A stretch of 17,167 nucleotides of DNA from Campylobacterota bacterium (GTDB lineage Bacteria > Campylobacterota > Campylobacteria > Campylobacterales > Sulfurimonadaceae), in the NCBI GenBank assembly GCA_034661055.1, contig JAYEKO010000042.1, positions 1 through 17,167 of the forward strand, read 5' to 3'. Positions within the stretch are counted from its first letter, which is position 1, and every line of letters starts with the position of its first letter. The translations under genes and the position numbers were made by a program. The notes beneath the pieces are model-generated. The model saw nothing but the letters and a program-made list of their open reading frames with translations. It did no database searches and was not told the origin of the DNA. Shown piece after piece: positions 1 through 9,163 of the stretch.

Positions 1-1
1 G

Positions 2-1474
2 AAGTTACTACTTAATAAAGTCAGTAAGCAACATCAGCGTATTACTCTAGAATGGATATTAAGTGAGAATGAAGGCATAGTTGAATGCGAAATTGCAAAT
101 GCTAAATTTACTCAAGAAAAATTACATGTAATTTCTGAAGATACTCTGCATGTTTCTGATGTGACCTTTGATGATATTGCCGGACAAGAGCGTGTAAAAA
201 AAGAGCTCTTAGAGGTTGTTGCTCTCTTAAAAGAGCCAGAGCGTCTGAAACATTTTGAGATGATGCCACCAAAAGGGATGTTCCTTTATGGAGATTCTGG
301 TATGGGTAAAAAACTCCTTGCTCGTGCATTTGCTAATGAAGCGGATATTCCTTATATTGTACTGCGTGAAGCAGACCTTTTTGATGCTGCAAAAATTCAT
401 AAGACCTACGCACAAGCTTACACCTCTGCTCCTGCCATTGTGATATTAGAAGATATTGATGTACAAGGCATTACTGGCGGAATGATCTCAACAATGAATA
501 CATCACCACTTGTTGAAGAACTAGATGCTTTGACTCAAAGTTTTGAATCTCCTGTCTTTACCATTGCAACAGTGGGTGATACCGAGAGTATTCCAGAACC
601 ACTGAGTGTTGCAGGTCGCATTGATATTCGTATTGAAGTACCAAAACTCGATATGGAGGCACGCCGTTTTTTCATTGAAGAAGTCTTAAAAAAACCACAC
701 GATAAAAAGATAGATGTAGATCGAGTCGTGCGCTACATTTCAGGAATGGGTGGAAATGAACTGAAACGTATTGGTCAAGAAGCCGCACTTTATGCTGCTC
801 GTAAAGGTCTTAATGAGTTAACAGAAGAGATACTTTTAGAACAGATTAATGTCATTAAGTATGGTACAAAATTAGAGAGTAAGCAGATACGTGATATTGA
901 AACATCTATGGCAAAAACAGCCTATCATGAGGCGGGACATGCAGTACTCTCTTACGTACTGTTGCCAAACATTAAAATTGAGCAGGTAACTGTGGCACCG
1001 CGTAGTGACTCACTTGGATTTGTCTCTTATCATCACGATGACTTCATTGATGCTACTTCAAAAGATGACCTCTTTAATAACATCTGTGTCCTCTTAGCAG
1101 GTCGTGTGGCAAAAATGGAACAATTTGCAGATGTAGGTATGGAGACGGGGGCCTTTAGTGACTTAGAAGTAGCTACCATGCAAGCCTATGCCGCGGTTGC
1201 TATTTTTGGCATGGATGATGAACTGGGCTACATTAATATTAGCGGTATTGAAGCAGGGTACGATAAACAACTGCTTACTAAAAAGATAGAGACTAGAATG
1301 CTGGCATGGATGGACGATGCGAAAATCCAGACCCAAAAAGAGGTCAAACGTCTGTGGCCTTCTATTGATGCAGTAGCCAAAGCATTAATTGAAAAAGAGA
1401 TGATAGATGGAGAAGAGTTAAAAGAGATTATGCAAAAGAGTTATAAAGGTGCTATCTTAAGGAGTATGTTATGA
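2..1474 (+). CDS. FtsH-like AAA+/peptidase M41 protein, 5'-truncated by the window edge; degenerate AAA module
   Basis: The frame is open from base 2 ([10 protein letters not shown]...[13 protein letters not shown]), so the GTG at 161 is internal. FtsH-like 'VTFDDIAG', Walker A-like GDSGMGKK, Walker B-like IVILEDID, M41 motif TAYHEAGH (HEAGH at 926-940), LLAGRVA and TGAFSDL (third Zn ligand Asp). Stop TGA at 1472-1474. Confidence 0.9.
   Translation, partial: KLLLNKVSKQHQRITLEWILSENEGIVECEIANAKFTQEKLHVISEDTLHVSDVTFDDIAGQERVKKELLEVVALLKEPERLKHFEMMPPKGMFLYGDSGMGKKLLARAFANEADIPYIVLREADLFDAAKIHKTYAQAYTSAPAIVILEDIDVQGITGGMISTMNTSPLVEELDALTQSFESPVFTIATVGDTESIPEPLSVAGRIDIRIEVPKLDMEARRFFIEEVLKKPHDKKIDVDRVVRYISGMGGNELKRIGQEAALYAARKGLNELTEEILLEQINVIKYGTKLESKQIRDIETSMAKTAYHEAGHAVLSYVLLPNIKIEQVTVAPRSDSLGFVSYHHDDFIDATSKDDLFNNICVLLAGRVAKMEQFADVGMETGAFSDLEVATMQAYAAVAIFGMDDELGYINISGIEAGYDKQLLTKKIETRMLAWMDDAKIQTQKEVKRLWPSIDAVAKALIEKEMIDGEELKEIMQKSYKGAILRSML
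1459..1464 (+). promoter_or_regulatory. Shine-Dalgarno sequence for ppsA
   Basis: AAGGAG lies 6 nt upstream of the ATG at 1471, inside the end of the upstream CDS. Confidence 0.75.
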
Positions 1475-3855
1475 AGTATATTAGATTTTTTGAGACAATT
1501 GGAGCAGATGATGTTGCACTTGTAGGCGGTAAAAATGCAAGTTTGGGTGAGATGTATCAGCATTTGAGAGATCTTGGCGTCAAAGTTCCTAACGGCTTTT
1601 CAACAACACATGATGCATACCAACTTCTACTCTCACAAAATAACCTCCTTGAGCGTATTGAAGCACTCGTCGGTGATTTACATGTAGATGATGTTGAGGC
1701 GTTACAGCACTGTGGTAAAGCGGTGCGTAATCTTATTTTAGATGAGACACTTCCAAAAGCATTAGAAGATGAATTGACTAGCGCTTATCATGAGCTTTCA
1801 AAGCAGTATGGCAGTAGTGGAGTTGATGTGGCAGTACGCTCTTCTGCTACAGCTGAAGATCTTCCTGATGCAAGCTTTGCTGGTCAGCAAGAGAGTTATT
1901 TAAATATTCATGGTAAACGATCTCTACTTTTACATGTAAAAAAATGTTTTGCGTCGCTCTTTACGGATCGTGCTATTAGTTACCGTCACTCTCGAGGTTT
2001 TGACTATCGTGATGTCTCTTTATGCGTCGGCATTCAAAAAATGGTTCGTAGTGATAAAGCCAGCAGTGGAGTAATATTTACGATTGATACTCAAAGTGGC
2101 AGTGAGAATGTCATTATTATTAATTCCGTGTTTGGGTTGGGTGAAAATATTGTTAGTGGTAGAATTAATCCTGATGCATTTTATGTCTTTAAGCCGACGC
2201 TTAAAGAGGGTAAAGAGGCGATTATTAAGCGTCAATTAGGCTCTAAAGAGATGAAGATGGTTTATGATAGAAAATTAAAAACTTTAAATATCTCTACAAC
2301 ACCAAAAGAGCGAGGTACATTTTCACTTAATGATGATGAGGTCATAGCTCTAGCGCATAATGCTCTTTTAATAGAGCAGCATTACGCAAGAGCAATGGAC
2401 ATTGAGTGGGCCAAAGATGGAAATGATGGTGAGCTCTATATTGTTCAAGCCCGTCCTGAAACGGTACACTCCAAAAAAAGAGACTCAAAATCAATCCAAA
2501 AGTATCGATTTAAAGAAGATACTACAACGTGTAATGTATTACTTACGGGAAGGGCAATTGGTGAAAAGATTGGAGTGGGAGTGGTTAGGGTCATAAATGA
2601 CCTTAGCGAAGCGTCTCGCTTTAATGCGGGTGAGGTGTTAGTGACGGACATTACTGATCCAGACTGGGAGCCATTAATGAAAAAAGCTTCTGCTGTAATA
2701 ACCAATAAAGGTGGTCGTACCTGTCATGCTGCTATTGTCGCACGTGAGATAGGTGTGAGTACTATTGTGGGAACATCTAATGCCACACAGGAGCTTAGAG
2801 ACGGCATGGAAGTAACAACTTCTTGTGCGGAGGGTGAGGAGGGTTATGTTTATGAAGACATTCTCTCTTTTGAGATTGAGACTATTGATTTAGAAGGTCT
2901 AAAAGAGCCAAAAACCAAACTTTTTATGAATGTTGGTAATCCTGAAAAAGCATTCTCTTTTGCATCTATTCCCAATCAAGGCGTGGGTCTTGCACGAATG
3001 GAATTTATTATTAATAACCACATTAAAGCCCATCCTATGGCGTTGTATGATTTATATAAAGGTAATTTTGTCAAAGGAAATGAGCAGATTTCTGAATTAA
3101 TGCAAGGCTTTAGTGATCCAAAAACTTTTTTTATTGAAAAACTGAGTGAAGGTATTGGTATGATTGCAGCGGCTTTTTACCCTAATCCTGTTATTGTACG
3201 AACGAGCGATTTTAAGTCCAATGAGTACAAGCATATGCTAGGTGGTGAAGCTTACGAACAAGATGAAGAGAATCCAATGATTGGGTTTCGAGGAGCGAGC
3301 CGTTACTATTCAGACTCCTATAAAGAGGCCTTTGAATGGGAGTGTGAGGCACTAAAAAAAGTTCGTGATGATATGGGATTGACTAATGTAAAGTTGATGT
3401 TACCTTTTGTTAGAACTCCTGATGAAGGACGCAAAGTCATTGCTATCATGAATCGTATGGGACTAGTGCAGGGAGAAAATGCTCTTGAAGTTTATGCTAT
3501 GTGTGAAATTCCAAGTAATGTTATATTAGCAGATGAGTTTTTAAAAGTATTTGATGGTTATAGCATTGGTTCTAATGACCTGACACAACTTGTTCTTGGG
3601 GTAGATCGTGACAGTACTTTAGTGGCTCATATTTTTGATGAGCGAAATGAAGCTGTGAAACGCATGTTAAAAATGGCAATTGATGCGTGTAAAAAAGAGG
3701 GTAAATATATTGGGATTTGTGGACAAGCTCCATCAGACTACCCTGAAATAACAGAATTTTTAGTTGAGAATGGGATTGACTCTATTTCACTTAATCCGGA
3801 CTCTGTACTTAAAATGCGTCAAGTTGTTGTAACTCTTGAAAAGGTGATGAGATGA
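1471..3855 (+). CDS. ppsA: Phosphoenolpyruvate synthase (pyruvate, water dikinase)
   Basis: 794 aa. [51 protein letters not shown], phospho-His motif [50 protein letters not shown] overlap with the upstream gene. Confidence 0.97.
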   Translation: MKYIRFFETIGADDVALVGGKNASLGEMYQHLRDLGVKVPNGFSTTHDAYQLLLSQNNLLERIEALVGDLHVDDVEALQHCGKAVRNLILDETLPKALEDELTSAYHELSKQYGSSGVDVAVRSSATAEDLPDASFAGQQESYLNIHGKRSLLLHVKKCFASLFTDRAISYRHSRGFDYRDVSLCVGIQKMVRSDKASSGVIFTIDTQSGSENVIIINSVFGLGENIVSGRINPDAFYVFKPTLKEGKEAIIKRQLGSKEMKMVYDRKLKTLNISTTPKERGTFSLNDDEVIALAHNALLIEQHYARAMDIEWAKDGNDGELYIVQARPETVHSKKRDSKSIQKYRFKEDTTTCNVLLTGRAIGEKIGVGVVRVINDLSEASRFNAGEVLVTDITDPDWEPLMKKASAVITNKGGRTCHAAIVAREIGVSTIVGTSNATQELRDGMEVTTSCAEGEEGYVYEDILSFEIETIDLEGLKEPKTKLFMNVGNPEKAFSFASIPNQGVGLARMEFIINNHIKAHPMALYDLYKGNFVKGNEQISELMQGFSDPKTFFIEKLSEGIGMIAAAFYPNPVIVRTSDFKSNEYKHMLGGEAYEQDEENPMIGFRGASRYYSDSYKEAFEWECEALKKVRDDMGLTNVKLMLPFVRTPDEGRKVIAIMNRMGLVQGENALEVYAMCEIPSNVILADEFLKVFDGYSIGSNDLTQLVLGVDRDSTLVAHIFDERNEAVKRMLKMAIDACKKEGKYIGICGQAPSDYPEITEFLVENGIDSISLNPDSVLKMRQVVVTLEKVMR

Positions 3856-6554
3856 GTAATGAAATTAAAATTGAAAATTGGCACGCTCAAAATACAGAAA
3901 CAGTATTTTCTACGTTAAATAGCTCACAAAAAGGATTAAATGAAAAAGAGGTAGAGCAGAGATTCTCTACTTATGGAGCCAATCGGCTACCAGAAGTAGA
4001 AGTGCGTTCTGCACTCATGCGGTTTTTGTATCAATTTCACAATGTCCTTATTTATGTTTTAATAGCCGCAGGTGTTATTACCGCACTGCTTGGTCACTGG
4101 GTAGATTCAGGGGTTATTGTTGGGGTAGTAATTCTTAACTCTATTATTGGATTTATACAAGAGGGCAAGGCTGAAAATGCTTTAAAAGCCATAGCTAAGA
4201 TGCTCTCTGCTAATGCCATGGTCATGCGTGATGGACGACAGATGATGATTAAGGCTGAAGATCTAGTACCTGGCGATGTTGTCCTGCTGCAATCGGGCGA
4301 TAAAGTTCCGGCAGATTTGCGCCTGTTTCGTGTTAAAGGCTTTCAAGTTCAAGAGGCTGCATTGACGGGTGAATCTCTTGCCGTTGAGAAAACTACTGGA
4401 GCAGTCAATGAGGAGGGTGCTTTAGGAGATAGGCAATGTATGGCATATTCAAGTACCATTGTCACGCATGGACAGGCTAGTGGTATTGTTGTAGCAACTG
4501 GTGGTTTAACTGAAATTGGTCGAATTAGTACTTTAGTTTCTGAGGTGGAGCTAGGTAAAACTCCGCTCATACGACAGATGGATGAGTTTGGTCACTGGTT
4601 GACCATGGCTATTTTAGGTATTGCAGTCATGACTTTTGTTTTTGGATTTTTTATTCGAGATTATGAGGCAACAGAGATGTTTTTAGCGGCGGTTAGTTTA
4701 GCTGTTGCTGCCATTCCTGAAGGCTTACCTGCTATTATGACTATTACGCTGGCTATTGGGGTTCAGCGTATGGCTCATCGCAATGCTATTATTAGAAAAT
4801 TACCTGCTGTGGAGACTTTGGGTGCAGTCACGGTGATATGTTCTGATAAAACGGGGACATTGACACGTAATGAGATGACGGTACGAAACATTGCTACTGC
4901 TAAACATATTTTTGAACTTAGTGGTCTTGGTTATGATCCTCATGGTGCTATTTCAATCTCAAATAAAGATATTGAACCACAAGAGAGAGATTTTCTGCAA
5001 GAGGTGACTCGTGCGGCAGTACTGTGTAATGATGCATCTATTGAGCAGAGTGAAGATGTGTGGTCTGTTATTGGTGATCCTATGGAGGGTGCACTCTTAG
5101 TTGCAGGAGTCAAGTGTGGCTTAGATAGCCAAGAAGAGACGGCTCAGTATCCTCGTACTGATTTAATCCCTTTTGAATCAGAACATAAGTTTATGGCAAC
5201 ACTGCATCATAGTCATGATGCTGAGACTTTCGTTGTGGTTAAAGGTGCTCCTGAACGTCTCTTAGAGATGTGTACTCTTCAACGAAGCGCAGATGGAGAT
5301 GAAGCTTTGGATGAACACTACTGGCTAGAGTGTATTGATAAAATGGCGCGAAAAGGTCAAAGAGTTTTAGCCATTGCATCGAAGCCCTTTAATTCAGAGT
5401 CAACTGAATTGACATTTGATGATGTTGACAATAATCTGATTATTTTAGGGATGTTTGGTCTTATCGATCCTCCACGAAAAGAGGCTATTGATGCAGTACA
5501 AGCCTGTGATAAAGCAAATATCAGAGTAAAAATGATCACAGGAGATCATGGTGCAACAGCACTTGCTATTGCAGGACAGTTAAAGCTTGTTAATACTCTT
5601 GATGTCCTAACAGGAACTGAACTTGAATTAATGAGTGATGATAAACTGCGTCAGTGTGTGCAAGAGGTGGATGTTTATGCTCGTGTCAATCCTGAACACA
5701 AACTACGCTTAGTAAAACTTCTACAAGAAGAGCATCACATTGTGGCAATGACAGGTGATGGGGTTAATGATGCGCCTGCCTTAAAACGTGCAGATGTGGG
5801 AACTGCCATGGGTCAAAATGGTACCGAAGCAGCTAAGGAAGCTTCAGAGATGGTGCTGGCTGATGATAACTTTGCATCCATCATTCATGCAGTAGAAGAG
5901 GGTCGAACTGTTTATGACAATCTTAAAAAGGCAATTCTGTTTATTTTACCAACTAATGGGGGCGAGGCACTTATTATTTTAGCGGCAATTATTTTAGGAT
6001 TTGAGCAGTTACCATTGACTCCTGTTCAAATTCTATGGGTTAATATGGTAACAGCAATTACTTTGGCACTCTCTTTGGCATTTGAGCCTTCAGAATCTAA
6101 TGTAATGAATCGTTCTCCACGAAATGCATCAGAACCCATTTTAACATCAAGTTTTGTCTGGAGGATTGCTTATGTATCAGTAATTCTAATGCTAGGAACG
6201 TTTGGACTCTTTATGTGGGAAATAGAGCAAGGTTCTAGTATTGAAGTAGCTAGAACTGTTGCTGTTAATACTCTGGTGATGTTTGAGATTTTTTATCTCT
6301 TTAACTCTCGCTATATCACAGACTCGATATTTTCTTGGGAAGGTCTAACAGGTAACCGTTATGTACTCATTGCTATTGTCATACTAATGATATTTCAGCT
6401 TGCCTTTACTTACCTAAGTCCGATGCAGACACTTTTTGGTACGGCAGCAATTGGTTTTAGTACTTGGATGTATATAACCTTAGTCGCTTCATCAGTACTA
6501 TTTTTAGTTGAGCTAGAGAAGTTTTTTGTTAGAACGAGAACTAAAGATGCTTGA
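3852..6554 (+). CDS. Cation-transporting P-type ATPase, P2A (CtpF/PacL-like)
   Basis: 900 aa. Actuator LTGES, M4 AIPEGLP, phosphorylation site [32 protein letters not shown]5 LPTNGGE, M6 ILWVNMVTA; about 10 hydrophobic segments. ATGA overlap with ppsA. Confidence 0.95.
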   Translation: MSNEIKIENWHAQNTETVFSTLNSSQKGLNEKEVEQRFSTYGANRLPEVEVRSALMRFLYQFHNVLIYVLIAAGVITALLGHWVDSGVIVGVVILNSIIGFIQEGKAENALKAIAKMLSANAMVMRDGRQMMIKAEDLVPGDVVLLQSGDKVPADLRLFRVKGFQVQEAALTGESLAVEKTTGAVNEEGALGDRQCMAYSSTIVTHGQASGIVVATGGLTEIGRISTLVSEVELGKTPLIRQMDEFGHWLTMAILGIAVMTFVFGFFIRDYEATEMFLAAVSLAVAAIPEGLPAIMTITLAIGVQRMAHRNAIIRKLPAVETLGAVTVICSDKTGTLTRNEMTVRNIATAKHIFELSGLGYDPHGAISISNKDIEPQERDFLQEVTRAAVLCNDASIEQSEDVWSVIGDPMEGALLVAGVKCGLDSQEETAQYPRTDLIPFESEHKFMATLHHSHDAETFVVVKGAPERLLEMCTLQRSADGDEALDEHYWLECIDKMARKGQRVLAIASKPFNSESTELTFDDVDNNLIILGMFGLIDPPRKEAIDAVQACDKANIRVKMITGDHGATALAIAGQLKLVNTLDVLTGTELELMSDDKLRQCVQEVDVYARVNPEHKLRLVKLLQEEHHIVAMTGDGVNDAPALKRADVGTAMGQNGTEAAKEASEMVLADDNFASIIHAVEEGRTVYDNLKKAILFILPTNGGEALIILAAIILGFEQLPLTPVQILWVNMVTAITLALSLAFEPSESNVMNRSPRNASEPILTSSFVWRIAYVSVILMLGTFGLFMWEIEQGSSIEVARTVAVNTLVMFEIFYLFNSRYITDSIFSWEGLTGNRYVLIAIVILMIFQLAFTYLSPMQTLFGTAAIGFSTWMYITLVASSVLFLVELEKFFVRTRTKDA

Positions 6555-6604
6555 TCTATTTTTATTTCCAAAGAGAGTAGCAAGCATTAGGTTGATGTAG
6601 AGTG

Positions 6605-6623
6605 GCTATAATAAACTTATAAT
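6605..6623 (+). promoter_or_regulatory. Putative sigma70-type -10 box(es) for the M18 peptidase-flgS block
   Basis: GCTATAAT at 6605-6612 matches the Campylobacterota gnTATAAT extended -10. A second TATAAT is at 6618-6623. This is the only intergenic gap in the + strand half. Confidence 0.6.
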
Positions 6624-6645
6624 TTATAACTTGGGATTTATGCTA

Positions 6646-7899
6646 ATGCAATTAAAACAATTTAATACAAGACTACTCTCTTTTTTAGACGCTGCAGTGA
6701 CACCATTTCATGCAACTATGCAGATAAAACAGATATTACAAAAAGAAGGTTTTAGTGAGCTTAATGAGCGTGATAGTTGGAGTTTGGAAGCGGGAGTAAA
6801 ATATTTTGTGACTCGCAATGACTCTTCCATAATTGCATTTACATACCCGCATAAACATGAGGGATATTTAATGATGGGAGCTCATACTGACTCACCAAAT
6901 TTAAAGCTAAAACCAAGTCCTATCATAGAGAAAAGTGGTTTGACTCAGTTTGGAGTTGAGCCTTATGGTGGACTACTGATGAACCCTTGGTTTGACCGTG
7001 ATTTAAGTCTTGCAGGACGAGTTAGTTTTAGCAATAAAGAGGGTGATATCTGTGAAGAGTACATTAATTTTAAAGAACCTATTGCTATTATTCCATCTTT
7101 GGCAATTCATTTAGATAAAGAGGCCAATAAGAATCGAACGATTAATGCTCAAAAAGATATAGTTCCAGTTTTTACATGTAAAAAAGATGTTGATTTACAG
7201 ACACTTCTATTTTCACAACTGCAAGATCAAAGCGCAAAGAGACTTTTATCACATGAGCTTAGTTTTTATGATACACAAAAAGCGTCTTACGTTGGATTAG
7301 AAAAAGAGTTTATCGCCTCTGCGAGACTCGATAATTTATTAAGCTGTTATGTCGCAACGCAAGTGATGTGCAGTGCTAATGATAATAATGCGTACTTAAT
7401 GGTCTGTTCAGATCATGAAGAGGTGGGGAGTGAATCTACTTCAGGGGCAGCAGGTTCATTTTTAGAGACTATATTAAAACGTATAAGCAGTGATTTTGAA
7501 TCTTATTCACGTCTCATTAGTAGCTCCTCTCTTGTCTCTTGCGATAATGCTCATGCAGTGCATCCAAACTTTTCTGATAAGCATGATGCCAATCATGCTC
7601 CAAAAATAAATGAAGGAGTTGTAGTAAAAATTAACGCCAATCAACGTTATGCCTCGTCATCTCGTGGTGTATCCAAGTTTGTACATGCAGCGTCAATGCT
7701 GGATGAGCCTACACAAGAGTTTGTTACGCGAAGTGATTTAGGCTGTGGCTCTACAATTGGCCCTATAACGGCAACACGTTTAGGAATTGAGACCTTAGAT
7801 GTTGGACTCCCGACATTTGCAATGCACTCAATTAGAGAGTTAGCAGGCAGCAGAGATGCATTCTCTCTTTATAAAATATTACTGAGGCTTAAAAACTAA
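6646..7899 (+). CDS. M18 family (aspartyl) aminopeptidase, ApeB-like
   Basis: Metal and catalytic motifs TPFHA, GAHTDSP, WFDRDL, IPSLAIHL, RLDNL, DHEEVGS, DNAHAVHPN, GSTIGP, MHSIRE. The start is uncertain (TTG 6631, ATG 6640 or ATG 6646); 6646 is preferred for its spacing from GGGA at 6633-6636. Confidence 0.92.
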   Translation: MQLKQFNTRLLSFLDAAVTPFHATMQIKQILQKEGFSELNERDSWSLEAGVKYFVTRNDSSIIAFTYPHKHEGYLMMGAHTDSPNLKLKPSPIIEKSGLTQFGVEPYGGLLMNPWFDRDLSLAGRVSFSNKEGDICEEYINFKEPIAIIPSLAIHLDKEANKNRTINAQKDIVPVFTCKKDVDLQTLLFSQLQDQSAKRLLSHELSFYDTQKASYVGLEKEFIASARLDNLLSCYVATQVMCSANDNNAYLMVCSDHEEVGSESTSGAAGSFLETILKRISSDFESYSRLISSSSLVSCDNAHAVHPNFSDKHDANHAPKINEGVVVKINANQRYASSSRGVSKFVHAASMLDEPTQEFVTRSDLGCGSTIGPITATRLGIETLDVGLPTFAMHSIRELAGSRDAFSLYKILLRLKN

Positions 7900-8882
7900 T
7901 GTCTGAAATTACAGCAGATGAACTCAAAGCTCTAATAGAGCAGACATATAAGGTTGAAAATGAGTATGTTGCCTTACGTGAAAGCTATGATCATCTACAA
8001 GGAACGATAGAGCAGGTAGTTGAATTTTTACCTAATGCCATCTGGATTTTAGAGCATAACGGGGATGTCTTTTTACAAAATTCAAAGGCCAAAGAGTTAA
8101 CAGACCTTCTGCCTGTCCTTGAGTTACAAAATAATGATTTTGAAGTGACACATAATGATTTTTCATATCTCATTAAAATCTCTCACTATAAAGACAAATA
8201 CCTACTTAGTGCTACGGATATTACAGAACAAAAACGTAAAGAGAACTTAGCAACAATGGGTCAGATGGCGGCACACTTAAGCCATGAGATTCGTAATCCT
8301 ATTGGCTCAATTTCACTGCTTAGTTCTACACTGATGAAACGTGTAGTTCCTGAGAATAGGGCGATTGTATCAGAGATTCAGAAGTCTATCTATAGAATAG
8401 AGCGTATTATTAAGGCAACACTGCTTTTCTCAAAAGGTATTAAGGCTAACATTGAACCTATCTACTTTAAAGAGTTGCTAGAGACTCTTCATGCGGCAAT
8501 TGGTTACTACTCTTATGGCAAAGATATTCGATTTGATCTACCTCAGAAAAACTTCATCATTGAGGGTGATTTAGATCTTCTGGCAATGATGTTTTCTAAT
8601 TTCATTTTTAATGCTATTGATGCTATTGAATTGGATGAAAATGATGGTGGTAGTGTTGAACTAGAGTACTCTTTTAATGATAGTTTTCATATTTTTAGAA
8701 TTTATGACAGTGGTATTGCTATTGTTAACAAGAGCATTCTTTTTGAAGCATTTAAAAGCACTAAAGAAAAAGGCAATGGCTTAGGTCTTAAATTATCACA
8801 GCAGATTGCTCAAGCACATGGTGGTGATGTAAAATTATTAGAGGGAGACCGTAAAGGTTTTGAGGTGAGTTTGGCAAAATGA
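7899..8882 (+). CDS. flgS: Cytoplasmic sensor histidine kinase FlgS (sigma54 flagellar pathway)
   Basis: 327 aa with no TM segment. N-terminal LKALIEQTYKVENEY, PAS-like LPNAIWIL, H-box MAAHLSHEIRNPIGSISLL, N-box NFIFNAIDAI and FEAFKSTKEKGNGLGL closely resemble Campylobacter FlgS as I recall it. TAATG overlap with the M18 gene. Confidence 0.85.
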   Translation: MSEITADELKALIEQTYKVENEYVALRESYDHLQGTIEQVVEFLPNAIWILEHNGDVFLQNSKAKELTDLLPVLELQNNDFEVTHNDFSYLIKISHYKDKYLLSATDITEQKRKENLATMGQMAAHLSHEIRNPIGSISLLSSTLMKRVVPENRAIVSEIQKSIYRIERIIKATLLFSKGIKANIEPIYFKELLETLHAAIGYYSYGKDIRFDLPQKNFIIEGDLDLLAMMFSNFIFNAIDAIELDENDGGSVELEYSFNDSFHIFRIYDSGIAIVNKSILFEAFKSTKEKGNGLGLKLSQQIAQAHGGDVKLLEGDRKGFEVSLAK

Positions 8883-9163
8883 GAGAAAAGGTTGAAGTCA
8901 AGGGGTGTACCCTTCCCATTTACATGTATATTAAAGAGAACATCACTTATTATGAGTTTGATTCAAGAGAATGTGAGCCGCCAATACCAATGGCAAATGC
9001 GTTACGAGTACTTGATTTGATCGATAATGAGACTAAGGTGATGGTGATGATTAATATGCAAGAGCCAACAGGCCTTTACACAAAGATGCAAGATTACTTT
9101 TCTTGGAGTGTCACACCGCTAGAAAATGGCGATGTGCGTGTTGAATTTAAAAAGAGGGTTTAA
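8879..9163 (+). CDS. Small TusA/SirA-like (DUF2249-like) protein
   Basis: 94 aa with an ATGA overlap with flgS. FDSRECEPPIPMANAL...VMINMQEPTGLY...ENGDVRVEFKK resembles the D-x-R-x3-P-x-P-M...P-x-x-L-Y pattern of DUF2249/TusA folds. Confidence 0.65.
   Translation: MREKVEVKGCTLPIYMYIKENITYYEFDSRECEPPIPMANALRVLDLIDNETKVMVMINMQEPTGLYTKMQDYFSWSVTPLENGDVRVEFKKRV

Noticed and set aside
161..163. GTG start given in the ORF track for the FtsH-like gene
   Set aside because: The frame is open back to base 2 with no stop codon; the gene starts outside the window.
1472..3855. TGA stops as possible selenocysteine read-through
   Set aside because: They fall at family-typical C-termini and form ATGA overlaps with the next start codon; no SECIS-like hairpin is evident.
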